This document shows, in pieces, positions 9,663-19,688 of a stretch of 64,000 nt of DNA. The first letter of the stretch is position 1. Each line of letters opens with the position of its first letter. The notes beneath the pieces were generated by a model that worked only from the letters and a program-made list of their open reading frames with translations, did no database searches and was not told where the DNA came from. Position numbers and translations under genes: made by a program. The stretch lies in the IMG/VR virus record IMGVR_UViG_3300020473_000013, positions 1 through 64,000 of that record. One strand, given 5' to 3'.

Positions 9663-10457
9663 CTATTCAATGGCAGTGTACGTGATGGTCACGGTTGGAG
9701 TTACCGGAAGATTGCCGAAGTTGGTGATCCTCCAGTAGATGGTTTCGCTAACGGGGTCTTCCGTGTTCGCAGCAAACCCGTAGCGGCGGGTGAACTGGAT
9801 CGAGCCGTCCGACAGCAGCCGTGAGCCGTCATCAAACAACTGACCAGGTCTGGACTTGAAGGTATACGGGTTCGACTCTCCGTACGAGGGGTCGCCGTAA
9901 GCCTCTACCTGAACCTGCGGTACGTCAATCTCCACGTTCAATAGGATGTTGGTACGCCCCATCATCATGGAAAAATCGAAGCTCTCGGAGGGGCCAAGAG
10001 CTTCCGGCACCGTTTTAGATACCGTAGATCGAATACCCTGTCCCGGGTTGGCGGACATCGGGTCCCAGATTGGCATTTTGTCTGCATTCAATCTGAGAAC
10101 ATCACCCGTGTTGCCTTCCTGAGGAAGCGTGCGCCCTTCCTCAACTGTGAGGTTGCCGTCGGCGTCGATTACCAGAGGAGCACTGATATTCTTGATCTGA
10201 CTGCTAGCACCAAGAACGCCCATGTCCTCGAATACACCGTCCGACTGTAGCTGGTGCAGGTGATTGTCGCTCTGCGTAACGACGATCATGCCTGTCACTC
10301 GGGCACCCATCGGAATTGCTGACGGGTTTTCGCTGAGAGGTTGCAGGTAGGATTGGTCGGGAACCACTCGGAGGCCGCCGCGTAAATCCGTGTCTCGCAT
10401 GAGAAACGGAATTGCCGGGTTAGCTTTCACGAAGAAGCTAGTTACCGTAACAGGCAT
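9663..10457 (-). CDS. Probable virion fibre-associated protein
   Basis: DLRGGLRVV...IPMGARVTGMIVVTQSDNHLHQL resembles a recurring phage fibre motif; AGGAGG RBS. Confidence 0.65.
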   Translation of the reverse strand: MPVTVTSFFVKANPAIPFLMRDTDLRGGLRVVPDQSYLQPLSENPSAIPMGARVTGMIVVTQSDNHLHQLQSDGVFEDMGVLGASSQIKNISAPLVIDADGNLTVEEGRTLPQEGNTGDVLRLNADKMPIWDPMSANPGQGIRSTVSKTVPEALGPSESFDFSMMMGRTNILLNVEIDVPQVQVEAYGDPSYGESNPYTFKSRPGQLFDDGSRLLSDGSIQFTRRYGFAANTEDPVSETIYWRITNFGNLPVTPTVTITYTAIE

Positions 10458-10494
10458 GTTTCCTCCTAACGTGAGGGTGAGTTCCTCACTCGCT

Positions 10495-11586
10495 CTAAAT
10501 TAGTCTAAACTGCGACGCTACGGGAGCTGGTCGGTTCGTCGTGGAGTCGTCCCCAAGCTGACCGTAGTCGTTCTTACCTGTTGCGTAAACGCCATCCTTC
10601 TGCAGGATGAGCAGGTGATTTGTTCCGTATGTCGCTCGAACCACATCGGATAGCGGAATCTGGAACGGCGTGGAGCGATCATCCTGCGTACCGTCTCCGA
10701 TCTGGCCATACTGATTGCGGCCGACCGTCAACAAGACACCGCTCGACGTTAGGAACCCTGTGTTGTTGCCGAAGCACGTTAGGCCCGCGATGTTCGACAG
10801 TCCCGAGTCAGTAGGCTGCACGACGGAGAGGTCAGTATGGCCTAAGCCGAGCTGGCCGAAGTAGTTGTAGCCGCACACAGTAACAGTCCCGTCAGTGTGG
10901 CGGAACACGGAGTGCGAAGCACCTGCAGCAATCTCGGCTACATCGGTTACGACAGTCGGAATGATGGCGGTGGAGTTGTCGGTGAACCCAGTGGCTAGCT
11001 GGCCGAAGTAGTTGTAACCGACAGCTCTTACAGTGCTGTCATCCATCAGGAATAACGTGTGAGAACCACCTGCGGCAATATCGACCACACCGTTGATAGA
11101 GACATCGACAAGAGAAGGTCGGTTAGATACGGTGCCGTCGCCGAGTTGCCCGAAGTAGTTGTAGCCGCAAGATCGGACACGCCCGTCGGCATGGAGGAGT
11201 AGAGTATGGTTGCTTCCACAAGCAATCTTCTTTACACCTGTGGCGATCTGGACTGGTAGCGAACGGTTGTCTGTGGAGTCGTCTCCAAGCTGCCCGTAGT
11301 TGTTACGTCCGACAGACTTCACGGTACCGTCTTCGTACAGCGCGACTACATGCTCCGCGCCGCTGACGAGTTGAACCACGCCTTGCCCGAATCCGGATAC
11401 CGAATCAGGACTGAGTACGTTTGTCTGATTGCCGGTAGCTAGTTGGCCGTATTGGTTGAAGCCCGCTGCGCGAACAAGAGGAGTGGATTCACGATCCTGA
11501 TAGAACACACTGTGGTTGTTACCTGCCGCAAAGTGGCTCAGGTCAGGAGGGTTAGCGAGGAAGGATGAAACGAGAATCAGAGGCAT
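10495..11586 (-). CDS. RCC1/BLIP-II-like seven-bladed beta-propeller protein
   Basis: About seven ~50-aa repeats of IAAG..H.L.L..DG.V...G.N.YGQLG.G. Confidence 0.92.
   Translation of the reverse strand: MPLILVSSFLANPPDLSHFAAGNNHSVFYQDRESTPLVRAAGFNQYGQLATGNQTNVLSPDSVSGFGQGVVQLVSGAEHVVALYEDGTVKSVGRNNYGQLGDDSTDNRSLPVQIATGVKKIACGSNHTLLLHADGRVRSCGYNYFGQLGDGTVSNRPSLVDVSINGVVDIAAGGSHTLFLMDDSTVRAVGYNYFGQLATGFTDNSTAIIPTVVTDVAEIAAGASHSVFRHTDGTVTVCGYNYFGQLGLGHTDLSVVQPTDSGLSNIAGLTCFGNNTGFLTSSGVLLTVGRNQYGQIGDGTQDDRSTPFQIPLSDVVRATYGTNHLLILQKDGVYATGKNDYGQLGDDSTTNRPAPVASQFRLI
10496..10502 (-). promoter_or_regulatory. TAATTTA putative late-promoter motif
   Basis: Overlaps the end of the RCC1 gene, about 40 nt upstream of ATG 10457. 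Confidence 0.45.
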
Positions 11587-11609
11587 GATGGGTCTCCTTT
11601 ATGTTACGG

Positions 11610-11616
11610 TAAATTA
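11610..11616 (-). promoter_or_regulatory. TAATTTA putative late-promoter motif
   Basis: Intergenic, 24 nt upstream of ATG 11586, before the AAGGAG RBS. Confidence 0.5.
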
Positions 11617-11666
11617 GCTGGATACCAACTGAGGGCTGTCATACAGGAGCGGCCCAGCCGCTATCT

Positions 11667-12476
11667 TCACATGTCTTCGACGTTTTCTGTGGGGTAGTGT
11701 CTGTTAGCCCCCCATATTAAACGGACGGCTCCCGAGCGACCGGGACTGCCAGGTTCAACCCAATTGCTGCTTCCAGAATAGCCTCCGCCTCCGCGGCCAT
11801 ACCCTCCTGCATCGTATCGTCCGTAGACTCCTATCCCTGTGCCGTAAGAGTTGTTAGAACCTACGTAGTTACCCGCGCCTCCGCCGTAACCTGCTCTCGA
11901 ACTTACGTGGCTGCCATCGTTATACGTTCTTTGACCGTCCTGCCCATCTCCTCCACCAATGAGATCGACGATAAGCGGCGTACCTCCGCCTCCGCTGCCT
12001 CCGTTTCCGCCTCTGCTTGCACCTCGCTGGCCTCCGTGCGCTTCTATAATTACGAGTCCGTTATGTTCTATGCTGCTAGTGCCTCCGTCTCGCCCTACGA
12101 CAATCTTCAAACTGTCTCCTTCCGAGACCGGAAACTCCCAAATCCAACGTAGAGCACCGCCTCCTCCTCCTGCACCCTTGTACGCACTGTATCCGCTACC
12201 TCCATCACCTCCCCCTCCTATAACGACACCAGACATGAACGGAACGTCTTTCGGGACGTCCATATAATACGTCCCGGGTGCTGTGTACTTTGCCTGCCCT
12301 ATAGGAATAGGCTTAACGGGAACGTCGCTCCAGTCTCCTCGGCTCGACAGCTTGAAGATGGTGTTATTAACAACAAGCTGGTTAGGAGAAGGAGAATTTG
12401 GTAGCTCTTCCGTAGTTGGAATCCTAAATTCCTTTAGGGTCCCTCCTATTAGCTTTGTGTCTCCGTCGTGTATCAT
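11667..12476 (-). CDS. Array member: shared N-module plus Gly-rich domain (subfamily A)
   Basis: MIHDGDTKLIGGTLKEFRIP N-motif; poly-Gly body; C-terminal GAVRLIWGANRHYPTENVEDM. Confidence 0.8.
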   Translation of the reverse strand: MIHDGDTKLIGGTLKEFRIPTTEELPNSPSPNQLVVNNTIFKLSSRGDWSDVPVKPIPIGQAKYTAPGTYYMDVPKDVPFMSGVVIGGGGDGGSGYSAYKGAGGGGGALRWIWEFPVSEGDSLKIVVGRDGGTSSIEHNGLVIIEAHGGQRGASRGGNGGSGGGGTPLIVDLIGGGDGQDGQRTYNDGSHVSSRAGYGGGAGNYVGSNNSYGTGIGVYGRYDAGGYGRGGGGYSGSSNWVEPGSPGRSGAVRLIWGANRHYPTENVEDM

Positions 12477-13456
12477 ATATCACCTGTGTTCGTCGTAGGA
12501 AACGCCCTGTCATCACCCCAGATTAAGCGAAGCCCTCCGTGTCCATATCCGCCTCCGCCGAAGTGTTGGTTTCCTACATAGGAGCTATCAGAGGGATCGG
12601 AACCTCTATACCCTTGTCTGTTGGCGCCTGCTCCACTAGGACCCTCGCCGTTCAAACCAACACCTCCACCTGTTTGACTGTATGCTCCTGAACTGCCCGA
12701 ACCTCCTCCACCTGAACCAGCACGCCCGTCGGAGTAATCGGTTCCACCGGCACCGCCATTACCTGAGTAACCTCCTGCGCCGCCTGAACCTCCGCGTCCT
12801 TTACCTCAACGGCCATTAGCTCCGCTACCTCCATCACCTCCTCCATCATTAGCCTGGAGAGCGTTCTTACCTCCCAGCCCTCCTGCGCCACTTTGTCCCG
12901 AAGAGCTGCTGTTTTTGGGAGCGCCTTTGCCTCCGCCTCCTAGTACGAGTATTTCATCCGTAGACGGACGGCGTAGAAAAGTGTCACCTCCATCCTCACT
13001 GTCTCTATTATACGTGCCAGATGCACCGTAGTCTCCGACGACAACTTCAAGTTCTTCGCCTGGCTCCACGTCTATGTAGTTACGATAACCTAGGCCACCA
13101 CCACCTGCGCCGCCTCCGTACCAGTAAAGACCGCTCCCATAAGGATTGGGACCTCCCTGCCTGTTAGGTCCTCCGCCTGCACCAACCGCTACACCGTTTA
13201 TACGTGGAACGCCATTCGGTACGATAAACGTGTATGTACCGGGCGAGGTGAACTCAATTTGACCTGGGGGTATTGGACGCGTCGGAATAATTGACCACCC
13301 TCCTTCCTCTGCATTGGACGGGTCGGCTCGGCGCAAAGCTCCGTTATACACCTTTAGCAGGTTCGGTGGAGCATCTGCAGGAAGATCGGTTGTTTCTCGA
13401 ACAGATAAGTCTTTTATTGACCCGCCTATAAGACGAGTCTCTCCTTCATTTATCAT
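12473..13456 (-). pseudogene. Array member (subfamily A) interrupted by a single in-frame TGA at 12806-12808
   Basis: Track ORFs 12806..13456 and 12473..12655 are in the same frame; ...GANGR-TGA-GKGRGGSGGAGGYSG... stays open to the family C-terminal motif GGLRLIWGDDRAFPTTNTGDI. Confidence 0.8.
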
Positions 13457-14337
13457 ACATCACCCGTGTTAGTATTGGGAAAGTGCCTGTCCTCTCCCCA
13501 AATTATACGGACGCCGCCTTTGCCTCCGTCATTAGTGTAGTCACCCGCACCACCTCCGAAGTTGCCTGGCCTCGTGTGGCTACCTCTAGTGCCTCCGGAA
13601 CCGCCGTGGCCTCCAGCGTATGCTCCTGAGGAAGTTCCACCCGAAGCACCGCTAGTTCCCTCTCCCATTAAGCCAACACCTCCACCTCCGCCGCCCCATG
13701 TGCGGTTGTAATAGTAGGAGCCGCCGCCTCCTGCACCACCTCCCGTTCCCGGTAATCGTCCTCGGCCGCCGTCGCCGGAGTAGCCACCTGCCCCTCCGCC
13801 TGAGCCTCGATAGTACATCCCACCGTTACCTCCTCCTATATACGGGGAGAAAGTGGAGCTTCCTAAGCGACCTCCGCCCGATGCGACCAGTAGGTCGGTC
13901 GACCCTCTACGTATGAGGCTGTTGTGTCCGCTACGGCCCCCGTTGCTGCCACTCTCTTTTCCTCCTGCACCAGCAATGATTGTCAATGTTTCACCGGGCG
14001 TGACTTGAAGGAAGTTGCCGTACCTGAGATCGCCTCCTTTGCCTCCTCTCGATTCTCTTATGCCGGCAGCGCCTGCACCTACGCAGACAGCGCAGATAGA
14101 ATAAACGCCGTCTGGAACTGTCCATGAGTATACTCCAGGATCGTCCCACATCACCTGACCGGGAGGAGCTAGATAGGGCGGCAAGTCCTCAAACACGCCC
14201 TCCGACTTTGCACGACGCAACACCCCGTTTAATGCTCCGAGTTGGTTGGGTACTCCTACTTCATTTTCTGCTAAGTCTGGAAGTTTCAAGTCTGCGAGAG
14301 ACCCTCCTACGAGCTGTATCCTTCCGTCATGTATCAT
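13453..14337 (-). CDS. Array member: N-module plus Gly-rich domain (subfamily A)
   Basis: MIHDGRIQLVGGSLADLKLP; ends GGVRIIWGEDRHFPNTNTGDV; ATGA overlap with the next gene. Confidence 0.8.
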   Translation of the reverse strand: MIHDGRIQLVGGSLADLKLPDLAENEVGVPNQLGALNGVLRRAKSEGVFEDLPPYLAPPGQVMWDDPGVYSWTVPDGVYSICAVCVGAGAAGIRESRGGKGGDLRYGNFLQVTPGETLTIIAGAGGKESGSNGGRSGHNSLIRRGSTDLLVASGGGRLGSSTFSPYIGGGNGGMYYRGSGGGAGGYSGDGGRGRLPGTGGGAGGGGSYYYNRTWGGGGGGVGLMGEGTSGASGGTSSGAYAGGHGGSGGTRGSHTRPGNFGGGAGDYTNDGGKGGVRIIWGEDRHFPNTNTGDV

Positions 14338-15104
14338 TCTTCAACCTCCAGAATGGGTCTCCAGTCACTGCTGGCCCACGAAGTTAGGTACAGTGAGCTA
14401 TCCGTAAACGAGTTGCGTCCAAGAGCATACGGAGGATACACACCGTGCTGCCGGCCTCCCGAGAGAGTGCGCGTTATCGTGGGGCGGTGGCCGACCGCTA
14501 CTCGTGTCGTGGACGTGTCGAACGAGTCAAACTCTCCAGTATGACACCACACAATTAGGTCCCATTCATCCTTATCAATGAGCCTGACCTTGTAATCAAA
14601 ACCTTTTATGGTGATGCGCGTATCCTGGATAACTCTGGCTTCAGGCCACTGGTCTAACCCGCTGAGGGACAGATAAGAGTCGTTTCCGTATGTTAATCCA
14701 GCTTCGTATAAATCTTCCCAGGCCACTTGAGTGGATACGGGTCCTGTGGGTATGAACAGCATCTTTCCTTCGTGTTCAATTTTCCACCAGAGGTTTACTG
14801 GGGAGACGAGATTACCGAAAGGGAAGACTGCGTGGAAGTCGGAGTATGTTATTAAGTCAGACCCGCTAACGGTTCCAAAATACTTTGAACCGTTATGCCG
14901 TGTAACAGGCGATAGTGCGCCCGGCAAGTTCTTCACTAAATCTCGGATTGCGCTCCAGCCGGACTGCTCGTTAGATCGCTTGAGCTTGTTGCCATGTATC
15001 AAGAGCTGGTTTCTTGGAGGAGAATCAGGTAAGGTGTTTTGTTCCGGCACACGCAGCCGGGCAATTTCCCCTCCTAATAAGTGTGTTTTTCCGTCATGAA
15101 TCAT
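14334..15104 (-). CDS. Array member: N-module plus subfamily C domain (ends WRPILE)
   Basis: Start moved to MIHDGKTHLLGGEIARLRVP (ATG 15104). Confidence 0.75.
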   Translation of the reverse strand: MIHDGKTHLLGGEIARLRVPEQNTLPDSPPRNQLLIHGNKLKRSNEQSGWSAIRDLVKNLPGALSPVTRHNGSKYFGTVSGSDLITYSDFHAVFPFGNLVSPVNLWWKIEHEGKMLFIPTGPVSTQVAWEDLYEAGLTYGNDSYLSLSGLDQWPEARVIQDTRITIKGFDYKVRLIDKDEWDLIVWCHTGEFDSFDTSTTRVAVGHRPTITRTLSGGRQHGVYPPYALGRNSFTDSSLYLTSWASSDWRPILEVEE

Positions 15105-15108
15105 TCCA

Positions 15109-15768
15109 TCACCTGTTGTTTGTTGCAGGGTCAGCACCGAGAATCCAGTCCCCCGCGCGCAACTCTACCCTAGCACTGCCAGGATTGTTCGCGTTTCCTA
15201 AGCAGTGCTGGAGCGTATCGCCGATAGTAACATAGGGGTTGTTGGTGGCTTGCCGACGCACCCACGTTCCGCCTCCGTACTTGCCGTACTCCTCGTCGTG
15301 TGTGCGCTGCAGGAACACGGGCATCTGGTCCAAGTCGCGCGGTTTCTTGATGAGGACGTAACTGGCGCTGTCCGTGCCCCAGCTCAGGCCTCCGATGTCT
15401 AGCTCAGGCACCTCGTCGGGGCCCCAGTCCTGATCGTTGTTGCGCCAAGACTCAACGGCCGTGTAGTACGCCTCCAGTCCGATCTCCTGCACAGCGGCAC
15501 GGTAGTCCTCCTCATAGCGGATGGAGTGTGCGTTCTCCAACTGGCCTACAACGATGTCAGCCCAACCTTCCGTCTCGTGGTTGATGTGACGAAAGACGAA
15601 CATGGCGCTGGATACAGGAAGTGATACCCAATCGTTATCAGTACGGTGCTGGAGCATATCTCCATTCATCGCAATGGCGTTCTTGACATCTTCAGGAAGC
15701 TGCCCCTTACTAGGAACGGACAGCTCGTCAACGTCTCCTCCTATCAACCGCATCTGATCTATATTCAT
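15109..15768 (-). CDS. Array member: N-module plus unique acidic domain
   Basis: MNIDQMRLIGGDVDELSVP; C-domain unrelated to the other members. Confidence 0.75.
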   Translation of the reverse strand: MNIDQMRLIGGDVDELSVPSKGQLPEDVKNAIAMNGDMLQHRTDNDWVSLPVSSAMFVFRHINHETEGWADIVVGQLENAHSIRYEEDYRAAVQEIGLEAYYTAVESWRNNDQDWGPDEVPELDIGGLSWGTDSASYVLIKKPRDLDQMPVFLQRTHDEEYGKYGGGTWVRRQATNNPYVTIGDTLQHCLGNANNPGSARVELRAGDWILGADPATNNR

Positions 15769-15776
15769 GGGTTCAC

Positions 15777-16433
15777 CTAATACGCCAAAACTATTATGCC
15801 GCGGTCACCGTCGGTGTCTTCGGCCCCGCCGTTCCCTGCTTTGACAAGTCCTATTACGGGGACGTTTCCTTCTGCTCCCGCGCCGGGGGAGAATCTCGAA
15901 GGAGGAGGATTGCCGTTAGCTACATTGCCTTCACCGCCAGAAGCTACAGAGGTTGAGTTTCTGCCAGCCTGACCGCCGCCGGCTAAAGCGTGCTGTTGAC
16001 CGTTGTGCGTGACATAGGAAGAGCCTCCGCCTGAGCCCAAGTAGCTGTTCCTCCAATTTACTTCACCGCCTTTACCTACAGTCAAACTGATCTGGTCGCC
16101 AGGCTCAACGTCTAACTGTGCGTAAGACAAACCTCCGCCGGCACCTGCTACCCAGTTAGCACTACCGCTTGAGTTATAGTTGACGCCTGCACCGCCGCCT
16201 CCACCACAAGCAACGAACAGAGCGTACACGTTATCCGGCACCGTAAAGGTTGTTGAGGAAAAGAAGGATGCTTTAGCCGCAACAAAATCCCAGTCGTCGT
16301 TGCGTCCGACCATGAGCATTCCGTTGCTGCGACCTATAAACCCTAGAACTGGAGTCTCAGGCATGGAAGCTACATCCGGAATTCGGATGTAACCCATCGA
16401 GCCTCCTATCAGATTGGCATTCTCAATATTCAT
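15777..16433 (-). CDS. Array member: N-module plus short Gly-rich domain (subfamily A-like)
   Basis: Probable start MNIENANLIGGSMGYIRIP (ATG 16433); TFTVPDNV..LFV.C.GGGG motif. Confidence 0.75.
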   Translation of the reverse strand: MNIENANLIGGSMGYIRIPDVASMPETPVLGFIGRSNGMLMVGRNDDWDFVAAKASFFSSTTFTVPDNVYALFVACGGGGGAGVNYNSSGSANWVAGAGGGLSYAQLDVEPGDQISLTVGKGGEVNWRNSYLGSGGGSSYVTHNGQQHALAGGGQAGRNSTSVASGGEGNVANGNPPPSRFSPGAGAEGNVPVIGLVKAGNGGAEDTDGDRGIIVLAY

Positions 16434-16440
16434 AATTATA

Positions 16441-17460
16441 TCACTCCGCAATTTTGGTCACAGAAACCGTTCCGTGACTCGTGCCAACGCGGTTCTGTCT
16501 GATAACATTCGTTGCGCTCTCGCCAATAAAAGAAGTGCTGTACGATGTTCTTCCTCTGTACTGAGCTGCACCCGTAGACTCGGAACCTCCAGAGAAGCCT
16601 CCTCCGCCGGAACAGTACTGGTTGTGTACGTTGGAGCCGCGACCTCCGCCTCCTCCAAAGCCTCCGTCTCGTGTTCCAGTTCCACCCCATGCTAATTCCG
16701 ACAGACTGAGCCCTCCATTGTCCTGCGGCGCATTAGAGAACCAGCTACCTCCTGGTCCTCCTATATCGACCCTACCGCCGGCCACATAGTAAGGGTCTCC
16801 GGCGGTAAAGGCGGTAGCGTCCACGATGTTTGGCGCTCCACCGTCGCTGTAGTTGCCTCCTCCTGCACCCCCTCCTGCTAGGATCAACGGGAACGTCTGA
16901 CCTTGTATCTGTGCAAAGGAGGCGCCTCCTCCTGCACCTCCTCCTCCTTGACTGCCTGTTCCGATTCCTCCGTTGTCTGCACCTGCTTGACCTACGACGA
17001 TACGCAATTTGTCACCTTTACTGAGCAGGAACACTCCTTCCAGCATGGCTCCGTGCCCGAAATGATTGTACGCTGCAGGTCGCCCTCCTCTAGCTCCGAC
17101 TGCACGGATTCGATATGCACCGTCTGCAGGGATGGTCCAAATTTGGGAGCCGTTCTGAACGTCGAAAAAGAGAGAGTCGTTAGCCCAGACAGATGCTTCA
17201 TCACTGGTATAGCTTGTCACGCACTGAGTCAGTGTTGGTCCGTATCTTCCGGTCGATCCTGCCGTTGTAAATGTGTGTGATGAGAACTCGAACAGTCCTG
17301 CTGTTGTAGGTAGAAGAACTACCTCTCCGCTTTGTCCGTTCTTAAAGCCTATTGAACCTTGCGATGCGACGATTGCTCCCGGCAATTCGTCTCCCTTATA
17401 CGCTGGGATGGAGATACGTCCTATGTCTCCTCCAACCAGTTTAACATCATCAAAATACAT
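16441..17460 (-). CDS. Array member: N-module plus ALK/LTK-like Gly-rich domain (subfamily B)
   Basis: Start moved to MYFDDVKLVGGDIGRISIP (ATG 17460); WTIP..G.Y.I.A.GARGG...GA.L.G.F.L..G..L.I.VGQ.G motif. Confidence 0.78.
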   Translation of the reverse strand: MYFDDVKLVGGDIGRISIPAYKGDELPGAIVASQGSIGFKNGQSGEVVLLPTTAGLFEFSSHTFTTAGSTGRYGPTLTQCVTSYTSDEASVWANDSLFFDVQNGSQIWTIPADGAYRIRAVGARGGRPAAYNHFGHGAMLEGVFLLSKGDKLRIVVGQAGADNGGIGTGSQGGGGAGGGASFAQIQGQTFPLILAGGGAGGGNYSDGGAPNIVDATAFTAGDPYYVAGGRVDIGGPGGSWFSNAPQDNGGLSLSELAWGGTGTRDGGFGGGGGRGSNVHNQYCSGGGGFSGGSESTGAAQYRGRTSYSTSFIGESATNVIRQNRVGTSHGTVSVTKIAE

Positions 17461-17461
17461 A

Positions 17462-18244
17462 TCACACGTCCTGTACGTTAGTGGTTGGAAAGGAACGACC
17501 CTCGCCCCAGATAATGCGGATACCGCCGTCATCCCCTGGACTGCCTCCGGATTGAGGCCAACCGCCGTTGCCTCCGCCTCCTGCGATTATGCCGACTTGT
17601 GAGCCTCCACCGGAGCTACCGCCGTAGGATAGGCCGTTGTGATGGCTAGATTCACCTCTATCTCCCGCGTCCCCTGTTTTGTACGTACCCGTACCTCCAG
17701 GACCTCCATCGCCTATCGCGAACATGCCTAAGGAGTCTTCGCCTGCGGTTCCCCCTGAGGCTTGAGTGACGACAGTGTTGTCGGCGTCGCGACGGAAAAT
17801 CGTGTTTCCTCCGTCTGCGTCGGATGAACCGCCGTGACCAACAATAGCAGTGAACGTCTCCCCAGGTTCTACGACAAGGAAGTTCTCGTAGGATTCGCCT
17901 CCGGCTCCGCCGGCTCCGCCTACCTGATCGTAGTAACTGCTCCCTCTATTCGATCCTCCACGGCCGCCTCCGCCGCCTGCTCCTATAACGAACACGCTAA
18001 TCTGCGTGACGCCGTCAGGAACCGTAAATGTAAACGAACCTCCGTTTGCGTAATTGATTTGGCCTGGAGGAATAGGCTTCGTAGGAACGACATCCCACAC
18101 GTTGTCAGGTTTGGCTCTACGTATGGAGCCGTTTTTTACCATAAGCAGATTCTCCTGCGCCACAGAAGGAAGCTCTGGTGTGTTTGGTATAGAGAAGGAA
18201 CGTATTGATCCTCCGGACAGTTTGATACCGCCATCCATATTCAT
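17462..18244 (-). CDS. Array member: N-module plus Gly-rich domain (subfamily A)
   Basis: MNMDGGIKLSGGSIRSFSIP; ends GGIRIIWGEGRSFPTTNVQDV. Confidence 0.8.
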   Translation of the reverse strand: MNMDGGIKLSGGSIRSFSIPNTPELPSVAQENLLMVKNGSIRRAKPDNVWDVVPTKPIPPGQINYANGGSFTFTVPDGVTQISVFVIGAGGGGGRGGSNRGSSYYDQVGGAGGAGGESYENFLVVEPGETFTAIVGHGGSSDADGGNTIFRRDADNTVVTQASGGTAGEDSLGMFAIGDGGPGGTGTYKTGDAGDRGESSHHNGLSYGGSSGGGSQVGIIAGGGGNGGWPQSGGSPGDDGGIRIIWGEGRSFPTTNVQDV

Positions 18245-18255
18245 GAGTTCACCTT

Positions 18256-18837
18256 CTAAGTTTCGTAGACCGCTCCGTCCACAGCGCTTATCTGCATGTG
18301 ATCTAAATTAGGTCCGCTACTTCCGGTGGCCTGTAAGCGAATCGTGTTGGTTCCTATCTCCAGATTGACCCTATGTGTTTCGGTCGTCCACTGTAGCGCC
18401 GAACTGCTATAGTTGCTCAGCGGAACCCGTTTCACTTTCACGCCGTTGATATACAGGTCCTGAGCACGATTGTCGATGGCGTAGCGGAACGTCAAGTCAA
18501 ACGGACCCGCGGCCAGCGACGGAACCTGCCATTCTACGTAGGCATCACGAGTTGCGGTGTAGTCGAAGAAGCCGCTGCCTGTGTACCCCGAATGGTTGTT
18601 CGTTACGTTTCCGCCTTCCAGTCTGTGCGCGTCCTCTGCCTCGTACACTCCGACCGGAGCATCGCTTTCTGGATCGAACCCCAAAACGACAGGAATAGGT
18701 TCCCACCCCTGGGAATCTCGAAACGCTTGAATGTTTCCGTACTCGACCCTCAGCGCGCCAGGGTCTGTCGGGCTCGTGGAAGGCAATGCTAGTGCTTCGA
18801 TGTCTCCTCCGCTGAGCGTCAACTTGTCCAGTTTCAT
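18256..18837 (-). CDS. Array member: N-module plus CBM35/CBM6-like carbohydrate-binding module
   Basis: YEAEDA...HSGYTGSGFFDY...LTFRYA...L.IGTNTIRL...GPNLD matches the CBM35/CBM6 pattern. Confidence 0.8.
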   Translation of the reverse strand: MKLDKLTLSGGDIEALALPSTSPTDPGALRVEYGNIQAFRDSQGWEPIPVVLGFDPESDAPVGVYEAEDAHRLEGGNVTNNHSGYTGSGFFDYTATRDAYVEWQVPSLAAGPFDLTFRYAIDNRAQDLYINGVKVKRVPLSNYSSSALQWTTETHRVNLEIGTNTIRLQATGSSGPNLDHMQISAVDGAVYET

Positions 18838-19688
18838 GACATCAACTCCAGGACTGGTCTCCAGCCGTTGTAGGTAGTTCGACCAGAGCCGGTGAATCCG
18901 CTACCTGTAGCCCACGCCGAAGTGATTCCGTATCCTCCGCGCTTCAACCAAGCGTTGTCGCGCATCCTATACGACTCCATGCAGTAAGCCCACTGGCCGA
19001 CTAATCCGGCGTTATCGGCGACGCCTAGATCGACTTGGGAGTAATCTGCTAGGTTGCCCAAAGACTGGGAGGCTGGAACTGAGGCACACAGCCGGTATAG
19101 CAGTCGATTCCATTCAGACCCAAGAGACTCGTCGGTATCGTACCCTGTACTAGCGTTAAAGGAGTCGGAACTCGATCCCCTTAGGAGGCGCACCCTGTAG
19201 AGATCACCGTTTATCTCAACGGTAGCATCCTGTAGCACAGGAGAAGAAGGTGGGTAAGGTCCGTAAGTGTTGTCTCCGTGGACAGCTCCAACATTGTATA
19301 TGTCAAGCCACGACACATCGTTGCGTAGAGCACGCTGAGGAAGGAACACCACCTTACCATCTAATGCACATTTGAGCCAAGGGTAGCTGTCATAAATGGA
19401 ATTACCCTGAGTAAGACCTATGGACTGGGCCAAAGAGCTGCCTGAGATAAATTCTGTTGGAGCAACCTCGCCAAAGAAACCGGCGGCCATGTCTCCAGCG
19501 ATCAGTTCGGCAGGACCTACACCTAGGGACGCGGACGGAAGCGAGGACCATGCCTGGTTACGCTTTACCTTAACATTGCCCCCGTTAATGCAGATTCGAC
19601 CCAATGAAGGACTCTCGGGCAGCGCAGGTTCTTCGGGCACGGAAACGTTCATATCGCCTCCCACCAGTTTTGTTCTGTCTATGATCAT
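18834..19688 (-). CDS. Array member: N-module plus subfamily C domain
   Basis: Start moved to MIIDRTKLVGGDM (ATG 19688); ends GWRPVLELMS. Confidence 0.78.
   Translation of the reverse strand: MIIDRTKLVGGDMNVSVPEEPALPESPSLGRICINGGNVKVKRNQAWSSLPSASLGVGPAELIAGDMAAGFFGEVAPTEFISGSSLAQSIGLTQGNSIYDSYPWLKCALDGKVVFLPQRALRNDVSWLDIYNVGAVHGDNTYGPYPPSSPVLQDATVEINGDLYRVRLLRGSSSDSFNASTGYDTDESLGSEWNRLLYRLCASVPASQSLGNLADYSQVDLGVADNAGLVGQWAYCMESYRMRDNAWLKRGGYGITSAWATGSGFTGSGRTTYNGWRPVLELMS

Noticed and set aside
12652-12891. 79-aa track ORF (MAQEGWEVR...) as a separate gene or frameshift product
   Set aside because: It is an alternate frame of the Gly-rich sequence; the family-like reading continues in the original frame past the TGA, so no frameshift is needed.
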